Positions 36,748-49,620 of a stretch of 64,000 bases of DNA are shown in pieces. The position numbers and the translations under genes were made by a program. The notes below the pieces were generated by a model. That model had not been told where the DNA came from. It was given only the letters and a program-made list of their open reading frames with translations, and did no database searches. Each line of letters starts with the position of its first letter. The first letter of the stretch is position 1. The stretch is from Selaginella moellendorffii (taxonomy: Eukaryota > Plantae > Lycopodiophyta). Where the stretch lies: positions 434,130-498,129 of the forward strand of contig NW_003314279.1 in NCBI RefSeq assembly GCF_000143415.4. The letters are read 5' to 3'.

Positions 36748-37999
36748 AATACAAGCTGACACTATGAGTTATTGGTGAAGGGGATTGATGTGGATAACTA
36801 ATGGAAATGTCAAGAGGAAAGTCCGAGTGAGTATTCGTGCGGGAGTTCCAAAATCAACTTGACCTGAGGATATAGTGGATCTTGCCCTAGTGCCATGTGA
36901 ATTAGACATGCCTTCAATTGTTTCTAGGGTTTAGATGGTATAAGCATAGTTGTGTACATGGTTGTCAAAGAGCTAGAAGTGACTAAAGATCCATGATTAA
37001 TTAGTTGATGACTAGCAATAATCCTACTAGCATTTATGGAAAAGAGGAAAAAAGAGGATGCTTTTTGGGAAGAGTGTGATGGAGTTCAACAAAGAGTGCT
37101 AATGCTACTAATGAGGCTAGTGTCACAAAGGTAGATAGCTGTGACAACAATTAGAATTGGAGTGAGGAGGCTCTAGCCCTAGACTGTAGTGGTTCTTCCA
37201 TGCTAAATTGTGTGAGTTTTACTCCACAATGGCAAATCCACTCATATGCTGCAGCCTTACACCCCTCAAAATGTAATTCCCCTCCATAAAACCAAAAACT
37301 AAGGGGGAGCAATTCAACTCTTGCTTTTCTTCATTCTACAACAAGGGATTAAACAGCTTTGACACCTCACTTCCCATTGATTTGATTGCTTGCATAATAT
37401 GTTTATTGGATGTTTGATACTTTGTGAGTGGAGAGGAGAACACTTAGAGCATGTCATAAGGCAACAAGGGAGAAGGAACCAATGGGACAAAATAGGTCTA
37501 ACAAAGAAACATATAGATTTTTATAAGCACTTTTCCAAACCATAAACATAAATTAACTCAAATTAATAATAAAATTTTATATAAAGCATATTTTAAGTAA
37601 ATCTTATACCATATTTACTTAGCCAACCAAAAACTTATGATTTATTATTCTATAGTTCAAATGTGTACTTTAAATCTACAATACTAAGACATAGTTTTGA
37701 TTAGTAGTAGTAATAGTATTACATGCATAAACAAGTGGTATTTTAATTTTGACTATATTTTCCACAGCTTTTATGGACTATTGACCAATGGAATATTAAG
37801 TCTAATAGACCTACTCATTTTTCAATAGTCCACTCAAAATATTCATTAACAAATTATTAAGTTAAAAATTCAACATCAATCATTTATGAAGTATTCAACT
37901 AATAAGGCCAAGAGAAGTTTTCAAGGTTATATAGGAAAGAGGCTTTATAGCATTTTCCCTTTATATATAAACTACACAAAAACAAATTCAAAATTAATA

Positions 38000-38464
38000 A
38001 TGATGAAACTAAAGGCAATTTTATATTATTCAATCATGTTGATATCAATTTTCATCCAACAAGTAAAAGCCTATTCAGCATCAACAATCCAAGATTGTGT
38101 TGACACTTTTAGTGTAGCAACTGATGCGGGAGATTATTGTAATTGTGCATCAGTGGTTTGGATTCAATTTGCTCAGAATGGTTTCCAACCTGGAACTTAT
38201 ACTGCTACTATTGGTACTTTAGGTATCTTTTTAACAATTAACCATCTTCATGAGGGAACACATGATGACTTTTTAAAAGCAATAGAAGATATATGGGAAA
38301 TATGTTTAGCTTACCATGATGCTGGAGGAGTGCTTGTTCTTAGGAATGGATCTTTAATGCTAAGGGTGATGCATGCTCGAGATGAGTTAGAAGAATTAAA
38401 AACTACTAAAGTAGAAGATACATTAATAATGGATTTTCCTAATAAATGCAAGTATTTGTCATGA
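38000..38464 (+). CDS. Small secreted Cys-containing protein (~154 aa), intronless, unknown family
   Basis: Signal-peptide-like MMKLKAILYYSIMLISIFIQQVKA; TATATATAAA ~30-40 nt upstream; uninterrupted ORF in very AT-rich DNA. Confidence 0.6.
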   Translation: MMKLKAILYYSIMLISIFIQQVKAYSASTIQDCVDTFSVATDAGDYCNCASVVWIQFAQNGFQPGTYTATIGTLGIFLTINHLHEGTHDDFLKAIEDIWEICLAYHDAGGVLVLRNGSLMLRVMHARDELEELKTTKVEDTLIMDFPNKCKYLS

Positions 38465-40169
38465 ATATACATATATATACAAAGAAAAAATTCTTCTATA
38501 AACTTTATGTGTATTTAAAATAATCCATCATTATAAATTTCAGATTTTTCTTTTTCATTTCCTTGTTAATCTTAATATAATTATGGTAAGAAGTTATCCT
38601 TATGAAAAGAATATAGAAAAGTGTTTCAAACATATGGAACAATTTTCATAAAGTTTATTTAAACAAAATTCAATAAATATATATAAAAAAAAATTATATA
38701 TATATATATGATAATATTAGTAGTATTTTAAATATCTTATATTCTTTTTTTAAAGCATATTAAATATATTTTTATTTTATTTGTTATTTATATTAAATAA
38801 ATTTATATAATTAGTTTAATATATAAAATAAAATTGTATAATCAAGTACAATAAATTCAAGATAATTATTAATGACTATCAGCTTATCCTACCTAAGCTA
38901 TTTTTGTGTAGGTCAAATATGAAATAGAAAAGAACTAAGAAAAATATTATCTCAATTTATATTTGTTGTTTGTGCTTAATCATGAAGTCAGACTATATAT
39001 ATAAACATGCTTTTTTTTTCATTCTGTTATACATGTAATAATAATCTAAAGAAAAAATGAAGTGAGCTAGTCATGCCTTGGATGTCACTTTTTCCCATTT
39101 GCCTATGATCTGCTCAACAAGCTAGTTTCCCAGCTATGTATATCCACTCTCATCTTGATCCATATAGATATATCACTTTTAGAGCATGACTCTCTCAATA
39201 TTTTTGTAGTGCTTGAAGAGAAGTTCAATTGGCTTGGATTGGATTCACCAGTGGTTTAATGTGTCCAGCTGGAAACCCAATGACCCTGAAAATAGCTCAT
39301 GGACATATGTCCATGATCTGCTTGGGTGTGCATTCAAACTAATCTTTCTTGATAAGAAAACGGTACAGAAATAGATACATTGTAATAACCATGTGAGTCA
39401 TGGGGAGCAAGGCCACTGCTGTAAAGGCATGATAAACCAGAAGGCCTATATGCCATATCTCTATATTATTGGTTTTACTCCCTCTCCTTACCAAGTTTTG
39501 CTGTCATGAGAGCAAATTTCTATTTCTTTACTCAATTTCCATGGCAATTGCTTATGCAATGCCAGATTACTTCCCCTTCCCCCCTCCTACAGATGATCCA
39601 TCATTCTCATTCTAGGATGATTGCAGTGATGGTGATTTTATTTTGTTAGTGTAGAAGCAAAACTAGAAAAAGTCTTGTATCTCTTTTTTTTTTTTTTTTG
39701 TATATTGGGTTGATGGATCCATTCTTTTGGATGAGACACTGGAGCTCCAAAGTGCTTGCAACTCTTGGGGATTCAAGGTCACTGACATGATCAAAAGCAG
39801 GAATCTTTCTTGGTCTTTAACAAGTAGTGTCTCATCTGTTAAGGTGATCCAGCCATCAAATTGAGATTTATTATTTACAAGAATATTATAGTAAATATTC
39901 TTTAGAAAATGTATAACCCACCCAAGTGGCAATTATGTTCTCGAGAACATGTACTACCCATCCTTTGTGGTAGTCATATTCTCGACAACATTTTTTTTGC
40001 TATTAGCTGGCTAGCACAAGTTTAAACAACTCTATCTCCCCCTGCCCATATCTAGATCAAATATCCATCCAAGGTCTTAAAACTAGAAATAATACCACTG
40101 TAGCATTCTAGCAATAATTCACTAAATTTCAATTGCAACTATGCAAATATCACTTGATGGGAAGACCTA

Positions 40170-43100
40170 TGTGAGACACAAATCCCTAAGCCCCAAAGTG
40201 GAGCCGAAAGGGTGCCACGTGGTAGTGGCCGAAGCAAAAGCCAAACGAGCGTAACACGTTTGGACTAAAAGGCTCCGACTTGAGAGGTTGAGAGCAGGAG
40301 TGGAACTCCCAACGAAGTGCTCAAGGAATGAGCATGAAGCGAACAATAAGCGAGGCTCCAAAAAGGGACCTAAAAGGACCAACACATGACACGTGCAAGT
40401 GTCCGAGATGGACCTGAAGTGGAGTCCGAAGTGGAGCCCGAGATGGAGTCCGAGATGGAGTCCGAGGTGGACCGAGACGGAGTCCGAGATGGAGTCCGAG
40501 ATGGAGTTCGAGATGGACCTGAGATGGAATCCGAGATGGAGTCCGAGAAGGACACGAGATGGAGTCCGAGGTCGAGACCGAGATTGAGACTGAGACCGAG
40601 ACCGAGACCGAGATCAGGACCGGGACCGAGACTGAGGCTGAGGCCGAGTCCGAGTCCGAGTCCGAGTCCGAGTCTGAGTCCGAGTCCGAGTCCGAGTCCA
40701 AGTTCGAGTCTGAGAGGGTGAAAGCCCAAAGCGTTCGTCTCCCAGACCCTGGGGGGTTTGGTGAGCTCCAAAAGTATAGTAAGGGGGAGGACTGCAGTGG
40801 AGCCAGTTTGGCCCGGAAAGGCCAGTTTGGCCCAGAGAGGCTGCACCCAGTGTTGGGTGATGAGCTGACCATTGGGAAGTCCAAGACTAGAGTGAACACG
40901 GACCGACAAGCGGGGTAGCTTGGTGAAGTGTTCAAGAGCCGGCTCTAGTTCCCCCGGGAGATCATCTGGCCGATGCTCCCAGTCCAAGTGTGGGTGGCAC
41001 TACCTACTTGGATACCTGGTGTGGCTTAATGGAACCTTGCTCTAAGCCCATGGCTAGAGCACCTAAAGGTGAAAGGCAGGGAGAGTACCTACGAGGCCCG
41101 CGTAGGGCCACGGTGTTCCGAACTGTCATCCCACAGTCCCAGACTGTGGAAAGGAAGAGGAGTAGTCCTCTAGTGTGGTGACCAAGGACACAATCACACA
41201 GGGAGGAAGTCCTAGAGGACAGTGGGACTTAGTGGTCGGGCCCGTGGGCCTTGATCTAGTGGCAGTGTGGGCGAGCACGGCCAAGAACGAAAAGGGACTT
41301 GGTGAGGACTGGAACGGAGATATTGGGGAAGGCTAATCCCCATGTCTGTGGGCATCCTAAGGATGCTAAGGAGTAGATCTGGGATGATCACTCGTGGATG
41401 GATGGCCTAGTCTTTGAGTGACGGGACTGGGATGCAGGTGGTGTCAGACCATCGTTGTGACCAAGGTGAATGGATATGGCCTTACTGTAACAGGCTGATA
41501 TGTTGGTGGTACCTTGGGGTGTCGGTCATGGGATCGGACACGTGGAGCACTTGGACCAAGTGCATAGGTTGAGTGGCGGGGATGCCATTCTCGGGGCTAG
41601 TAAGCCCAAGTCCAAAATAGGACTTACGGAGGTTGTGAGTGAGACTCCTCCAAGTGGTCGGAGGTGCAGTTAAGTGACTAAAGTAAAATGGAAAAATTAG
41701 TCGCTTACAATTTGGTATTGGAGCTGTTCCTTAGTCCGATTTTTATTGGTGCTGAAGTATATCACCACTAGTGTTGGCATCGGAAGGTCCGAGGAATGGG
41801 CCTATCTTTGAGGAGTAGCAGGTCGGGAAGACATGGCTCTCCATTACAGTTCATGTGTGAACTTGTAGGTGAGGTGGTGGATAGAAAAGAGCCAATAATG
41901 GAACGACTTTGGGATCTTGGGAACAGTGCAAGACTTGTAGGTGAGGTGGTGGATAGAAAAGGGCCAATAATGAAATGACTTTGGGATCTTGGGAATAGTG
42001 CAAGGTTTTCCTCATTGAGTTGAGGATGTGATCCAGATGAGCGTTTGACTCAACAAACTGGTTAATGTAGTTGTGGTAAACAACTATAGTTGGGATCACA
42101 GGGAAGATAGAGACTCAAAAACGATAAAGGAGTCACAAGATTACCCTCATGAAGTTGAAGCTGGTGCTCATGAATTTGAGACTAGAAGTAATGACCGCGG
42201 GAGATCAAATACAGAAAAGGACACAAGTTCTTGAAATGGTAGCCGAAGCTACCTCTAATAAATGCTGGAACAACCCAAGGAGTTGGGGGTGTATTTAGAG
42301 GATGAGTTGGTATTCTTATCACATGGACAAGTGGTCCTGGGAAAGGTTGCCCCTAGAGAACAAATCAAGTGTCGGAGTAACACTTGCAAAAGATGGTCCT
42401 TGTGAGTAGGACATGAATACAAGGAGTGGTATTTTAGTGAGTTAGCACCTTAAAAGTAGGACCTCATAAGTCGTCGAATTAACAAAGTCCAAAAGGTTGA
42501 ATGACTCTAATAGAGTCAAGGAATAATCCTAAGGGCTTGAGGAAAGCATTTGGACTGAGGTGTGTGGTGCCCCACGAAGGATGGGGAGGATCTTGAGATC
42601 CAAGCATAAGAGCAGTATGTATCTCATTGATGGCAGAAGATGCCATGCTAAAGTCGTGGGAAAGAGTTTCTCGGAAGAAAACAACTTTGACACAAAGTTG
42701 TGCATGAACTCTATGGTGCAGTGGTAATGGATAATTGGCCTAAGAGACAACCATAATGGTCTTGGCAAAATAAAAGACCTAGACACTAATAAGTAGTGTC
42801 ATAAAGGTAGGCTCGTGGGGCCGATGGTGTAGAGACACCAAATGTGCCAAAATGTGATACCTTGAGGTTATGATGGTGGGTTCATAAGAACCCCTTACCA
42901 AGGGAATCCCAACGGAAGCGGGAATGGCATGGCCTAAGCTAGAAGGCATGCGGTTGGAGTGTGGTGACCCAGATAATGATGGAGGTGTGGAAGCACCAAG
43001 CAATGAGTTGTAGGACTTGACAACTATGGGGCAACTAAGCAAGAGGTGCAAGATAATTGGTTAAATGGGTAAAAGGTAGCTACCCAAGACTTCTTAATGG

Positions 43101-46100
43101 CATAAGGAAGTTAGAGATACCCTTACGAGGGATAAATTGCTTATGTTGCGATATAGCAAGTCAATGTTGTAAACGGGAATGCTCATTATCAAAAAGCATC
43201 ATTAGGACACCCAAACACTCTAGAACACCAAGAGGTGGTGTTTCATGTCGCAAGGGCAAAAGATAAAGCCCAAGGGACTAAGTCCCTAGCGAATGATGGA
43301 TAGTAAGTGCTATCCAAATGTCCAAGGTTGTGGAGACAGGAGAAGATTGTCTACCCGAATTGGACAAAGCCAAAAATGGAATTTTGGCAAAGCTAGTGAT
43401 GGGCATGTAAAGGCCCATAAGCAACAACATTAATCCCAATGTGTGGGATTATAAGGTGAGCATGCCCAAGATTGAGGGACCACTCCCTAGGCTATCGGGT
43501 AGATTCATCCCTAAGAATACTTGCTAAGGCATAGTAAAATGTGCAAAGCTATCCTCTTAGTCTGGAGGAGAATAACCAAAGGAAACATATGGGGCCAAAA
43601 GGCAAGTAGTATTGGGTTGGAACTAAACCATGGAAATCGAAGGGCATATCTAACAGTGGTTATGCAAGTTGGGAGTGGAGAATCAAGAGGGTGCTCGAGG
43701 ATGTTGTTGCTAACAATCGTGATGCCATGGAGAGTCTAAAATATGGAATTGTTCATGTTAGACTATATAGCAACTACAAAGCTTGTGAAAAGGGAGGCCT
43801 TAGCAAGCTAAGGGACAGAGTTCCTTCAAGGTTCCCAAAGACGATTCTAGGTAGCTTAGTACCTAGAAAGGCCAAGTGTAAATGGTTCATGGAATGCGCG
43901 AAATCAGAGTGGCGCAGCAAAAGCGTGGTCTTGAAGCTTGCCATGAGGCAAGGCTATCAAGGTTAGGGAAGTAGTCCCAAGTGTTCAAAGAGAGGGCTTT
44001 GAACGAAAGTCGATGGTTAAGGACTTTCACGCTTATGCAGGAACCATGTTATAGTGGTCGGAGGACTTGCCAAGCGAGATTGGCAAGTCGGGGGAACAAA
44101 TACCCTAGTTGAAGGTGATAACTTAAAAAAGGGTGGGCCGTGGGGCCAAGCATGGAGGAGTCTATGCATGATCACAGACTTGTCAAGTGAGAGGACTTGG
44201 CAGTGTGGAGGAACTAGGTTCCTAAGCTGTGATCTGTAGCGCGCTTTAAGTATAAGTTGGTGCACCGGTGTGATGAGTCACGCTAGGCATCTTGGGTGAT
44301 GCCGTCCGTAGATGCATATACGGAGGTTGGGTTCAAGTCCCGACCCTCTAGGGCTTGGGTTCGAGTCCCAAATCACTAGGGCGTGGTGATGGTTTAGAAT
44401 ATGAGGACACTCATTTTTCGGTGGTCATGGACTCTCAGTGAGGAGACTGGTTTGGGCACACTGCCAAGCGAGGGATGCCTCGGAGTCGTGATGCACGGTT
44501 AGATTGCTTAGAGTGAAAGCTTGGCATATCTAACTTGAACACTTTGGTGCAAAGGGCACCAAGGACGTGGTGAATGAGATGGGGACACCCAGTCTCAGTT
44601 GCTATAGATCCTTGGCTGGAAGGGCTGGCTTGGGCGCACCACCAAGTGTGGGGGATGCCCCCGGGGTCATAGTCAACAACATGGAGGGGTCTAGAAGACC
44701 TAGTTCCTATGGGTAGACCTATTAAGGGGTCAAGATGAGATCACCAGGTGATCTTGTGGCTAAACAAGGATAAGGTCTTTTTTTGGGTTAAGGAATATGA
44801 TTCTTAGTTCAAAGTGTTGATTTGAACTATTGATAATGGTGTGGCTTGGTCAAGGTGACCAAGTGGGAAGAACACCTAAGGGAAATGAGCTATGTCAATG
44901 CTGTGGCATAGTAAGTCCGAGGAAGGTAGTCTCTATGAGAGATCCAAGAAAGAATCTCAAAAATTGGGCCATGGATAGAGCCCACAGCAGAAAATGTTAA
45001 AGAGACGTACTAGGGGTGAACACCCTCTGGACTTGGCAAAGCAAAGTGTTTGCTATGGAACTGAAAAGAAACCTCGAAAATGGAGGTAGTGATCCTATGT
45101 TGTTGGGTGCAACAATCAAGGATAGGAGCAAAAGACTAATGGCTAAGAAAAGAGCCATGGGAATCCTGAGAAAGAATCCAAATGGCAAAGTTAGGCCGAG
45201 AACACTAATGTGTTGGGTGCTAACGGATTGTGGGAAAGGCAAAGTTTCCCTAAGGGTGGATTCCCAACCGCTCCAATTTGGCAAAGTGGATGCTCCAAAG
45301 GGGGGAACGGTAAGGTAGCCAAATAATAGGGCTGTGGGCAGCCCTAGCACCAATTATGATAACTGAAACTTAGTGTCAAAAGTGGCACGATATCGGAGAG
45401 AGGATGATAGTATCCTCAAGTAAAGAACTTCCTAGGATAGGGAAGTGGAGTTGCACCATGTGCAATGTAAGGTGCCGGAGACACCTAGGAAATTGACTCT
45501 GAGAAGTCAAAACTAAAAGTTCCAAAGTAAAACGTTATGGCAATGGAATCTGAGACTACTCGAGAATGAGTAGTGGAATTGAGTTAGAGAGGGAGTCTCT
45601 AACGGGTTTAGCGAGAACTGAACCAATAAAAGGGAGCAAACCACCCCAGGTGGTCGAATGAATCTCTATATTGGAGAGACTATTTTCCTTAGAGGATGGA
45701 CAAGGCATGGTGCGCCTTTGGTGTCAAACCATAGACAAATATTGGCCGGGGGCCAAGGATGGAAACGGTAATACATGTGGGTGTTACTTTATAAAAGGGT
45801 TTACTGTTCGATGAGGACATTGAACTTCGTCTATGGGTGGTGGAGTTGTGAGACACAAATCCCTAAGCCCCAAAGTGGAGCCGAAAGGGTGCCACGTGGT
45901 AGTGGCCGAAGCAAAAGCCAAACGAGCGTAACACGTTTGGACTAAAAGGCTCCGACTTGAGAGGTTGAGAGCGGGAGTGGAACTCCCAACGGAGTGCTCA
46001 AGGAACGAGCATGAAGTGAACAATAAGCGAGGCTCCAAAAAGGGACCTAAAAGGACCAACACATGACATGTGGAAGTGTCCGAGATGGACCTGAAGTGGA

Positions 46101-46455
46101 GTCCGAAGTGGAGCCCGAGATGGAGTCCGAGGTGGACCGAGACGAAGTCCGAGATGGAGTCCGAGATGGAGTCCGAGGTGGACCAAGATGGAGTCCGAGA
46201 TGGAGTCCGAGATGAAGTCCGAGATGAAGTCCGAGGTGGACCGAGACGGAGTCCGAGATGGAGTCCGAAATGGAGTCCGAGATGGACCGAGACGGAGTCC
46301 GAGATGGGGTCCGAGACGAAGTCCGAGGTGGACCGAGACGGAGTCCGAGATGGAGTCCGAGATGGACCGAGATGGAGTCCGAGATGGAGTCCGAGATGGA
46401 CCCGAGATGGAATCCGAGATGGAGTTCGAGAAGGACCCAAGATGGAGTCCGAGGT

Positions 46456-46487
<32 letters not shown>

Positions 46488-46783
46488 GGACTGGGACCGA
46501 GACTGAGGCCGAGGCCGAGTCCGAGTCCGAGTCTGAGTCCGAGTCCGAGTCCGAGTCTGAGTTCGAGTCCGAGTCCAAGTCCAAGTCCGAGTCCGAGTTC
46601 GAGTCTGAGAAGGTGAAAGCCCAAAGCGTTCGTCTCCCAAACCCTGGGGGGTTTGGTGAGCTCCAAAAGTATAGTAAGGGGGAGGACTGCAGTGGAGCCA
46701 GTTTGGCCCAGAAAGGCCAGTTTGGCCTAGAGAGGCTGCACCCAGTGTTGGGTGATGAGCTGACCACTGGGAAGTCCAAGACT
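40170..46783 (+). mobile_element. Non-autonomous LTR retrotransposon (LARD-like), copy B; complete 5' LTR 40170-41709, 3' LTR from 45847 truncated at ~46783
   Basis: TG..CA termini; PBS TGGTATTGGAGC at 41713-41724; PPT before 45847; internal region collinear with copy A plus a ~72-bp tandem duplication at ~41862-42005. Confidence 0.88.
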
Positions 46784-48280
46784 GATGTTTTGAGCCAATG
46801 TACTCAAGTACATGCCCAGGCTGCACATCAGAAAGTGACTTCCAAGGACTAGAGATAAGGAGCGTGCTCAACCTGATCCTATCTGTTGACTCATGGATCT
46901 AGCCGTCTGGACCAGTCGCTGTCATCCCGTCTTTTTTCTAAGTGGATGATTAGAAACTGGAATAGTCAATATCACAAGCACTATTTGGGTAGAGTTAGTG
47001 AAAGTCCCCCTACGTCACCATGGCGTTTAGTTTCGGCATTCTGGCTGAGAGAAGTTCCTACAGGCCAGGGGTAAAGAGACATAGAAACCAAATCGTTTGT
47101 ACCTGTTTTTGCATGGCTAGGAATGCGGTAGTGAGATTTCTTGCGACCTTAGTGGTGGGTGTAAGCTCGTTTTGAGCTATCCCCAAACAAACACTTCATT
47201 GGCATTGCTCATTCTTGCGGTGCGCAACAAAACGGCTGTTGATCCTGGAGTGGGCAGGAAGTGTGCGTGGTTGTGCTAGCACACAGCCTTGCAGCAGCCC
47301 AAGCTTGCTCTGCTTGTGCATGCACTCCTGGAGAATGCGGCGGCAGTAGATGCAAGCAAGAAACCCTAACATTAGGGTTTTTCCCGTCGCTTCATCATAC
47401 CTTTTGGTGTGAAAAAATCTAGTGCCCACAGCCATGAAGTCAAATAGCTATAGCTTGTAATTAGGTTTGCCTATCCGTACAGCGTGTTTCTTTGCACGAG
47501 ATTTTGTGACGAATCCAAGGTTTTGTTTTTTACCATGCCACGTCTACTCATATGTCCCATTAGTTTATCCATGGGAAAATAGAGTTTTCTCTAAACAAGA
47601 TTTTCTTTAAAAATTCTTTTTTAAGAAGACCTTTTTGTGAGTTAAGCATGGGATCTGTCTTGGAATGAGAGAGTAGGACTTGTGTTGTATTTTCATTTAC
47701 TAATCAAAACACAATTGTAGTCAATGGTATGCCTACACATTTTAGTTTAGAGCGTAACCAAGGACTACATGGTAAGTTTGGGGGAACTAGTTCTTTTGTT
47801 GTTCATAGTCCAAAAAAGCATAAATATCGAATTTATTATGTTTCGATATGATGCTAAAGTGATGGATAGTATTGTCTAGAAGACAAAATCCTTGGTGCTC
47901 AGCTTGAGTTTGCTGAGTTGTCGAGCTGTGGTGGGTGATTGGCCGACTCTCTCCAGACATCAAAGAGAATATCAAGCACTGCTTGCACTGGTGTTAATGG
48001 GCTGGTCATTTGGCAGAACTGGCAATGCAGGATGAATTGAAAGCCATCCCATTAGAACACACTCACCAGAATAATGTCTAACTTATTTATTCTAGGTAGA
48101 AACATGCTTATCTTACCTATAAACCAATCTTAACAAGTAGTGACTTACTTATTAAAGTGATTCTGTTATTGACAACTATTGAGGAAGTATGATTGAAAAA
48201 ACCTTAGCAAGAGCTGCCACCATTGTAATCCAAAGATGCTCCAAGTGCGATACTACCTTGTGCCAAGTTGCTATGCTAAA

Positions 48281-49620
48281 TGTAAAATATAAATCTCTTT
48301 AAGTCTGAAATTGAATTCAAAGTTATGCTATATGATAGTGGCTAAAGCAAAATTTTAATGAAAATAACACATTTGGACCAAAAACTCCAACTCAAAAAGT
48401 TAAGAGTAGGAGTGGAACTCTCAAAGAAGCATTTGAAAAGCAATTGATAAGTGAGTCTCTAGAAAAGATTAATATGTAATAAGTGTTGTAACATGTGAAA
48501 GTGTCAAAATTAAAATCCTAAAACATAAGGACTAGAAGTGGAATAATGTCGAAACCAACTTGTCCCACCGAGAAACCAAGTGTTCAAAATGTTAAATATA
48601 TCTAAAACCATACATATTTAGAATCTAATATGTTCATGGTTAAACATTTCCAAAGATGGGGCAAAAACCCAAAGTAATCATCTCCTAGACCTTAGGGGGT
48701 TTACTAAATTCTTATAGGATAGTAGAGGGAAGATTATAAAGAAATTAGTATGACTAAAAAATATTATACCCATGTGGTGGTAAATGGATAAATAGGGTGA
48801 CTTGGTGAAGTGTTCAAAAGTTGATTTTAGCTTCTCTAGAAGATCAAATGGTCAATACTCCTAATCCAAGTATGAATGACACTTGGGTACTTTATATAAC
48901 TCATTGAAACTTTGTTCAAACCATGTGGCTGGAGTACCTTCATAGTAAAGGTGGTGGGAATACCAAGCTTGTATTAGGTTGCAATATTGTAGTATACGTG
49001 ATCATGGGATAAAATTCAAATATACTGTCACTATAAATCTTTAAAACCTTAGGGGATAAATGAGGATAAAATAGTCATTAAGGGCTTTCTTATCAAGTAA
49101 TTGCACCTTTTTCCAATTGGCTTAAGAGAAGAGAGATAGGGTGCACTACAAATATTTTGAAATATCACCTATTTTGGAAGGAAGAGGAGTGGTATTTTTG
49201 CTCAATAATCAAGGGTATAGTTATATATCTAGGTTAATGAGACTTAATGGGCATGCTTTTAAGCCCAATGGTAGTATTTATGAATACTACTAAAATTGAA
49301 AAGAGACTTTGTAAGAATTGAAGAATATTGGAGTATAGTGTGGAATTGTGGTATAGATGGTCTTAGACTATTAATAAGACAATGAGAATGGATATAGCTT
49401 TAGCATAAAAGGCTAATATATCAATATCAAAAGTGAGATTTTAGACATGTTGAACACTTAGACCAAGTGTGAAATTGAAATGGATTTAAGGCCACTTTTA
49501 GGGTTTTAATAGATACCCCAAGTTGGGAACAGGACCTATAGAAGTTATGAGTGATATTTTTTCAAGTGGTTAAAAGTGTGGTTAAATGACTAAAGTAAAA
49601 TAGAAATTTAATTCCTTACA
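48281..49620 (+). mobile_element. Old, AT-decayed solo LTR of the 1.6-kb LTR family
   Basis: Recognisable blocks (CATTTGGACCAAAA..GGAGTGGAACTC; TTGGTGAAGTGTTCAA; GACTAAAGTAAAA..CCTTACA); flanks CTAAA/CTAGA look like a degenerate TSD. Confidence 0.7.
48988..49150 (+). mobile_element. Solo LTR of the TRIM family nested in the old solo LTR, TSD AATAT
   Basis: TGTAGT..ACTACA termini, similar to 36039-36200; AATAT at 48983-48987 and 49151-49155. Confidence 0.88.

Noticed and set aside
47361-47380. Inverted telo-box pair AAACCCTAA-CA-TTAGGGTTT
   Set aside because: Could be a promoter remnant, but I could not tie it to a supported gene.
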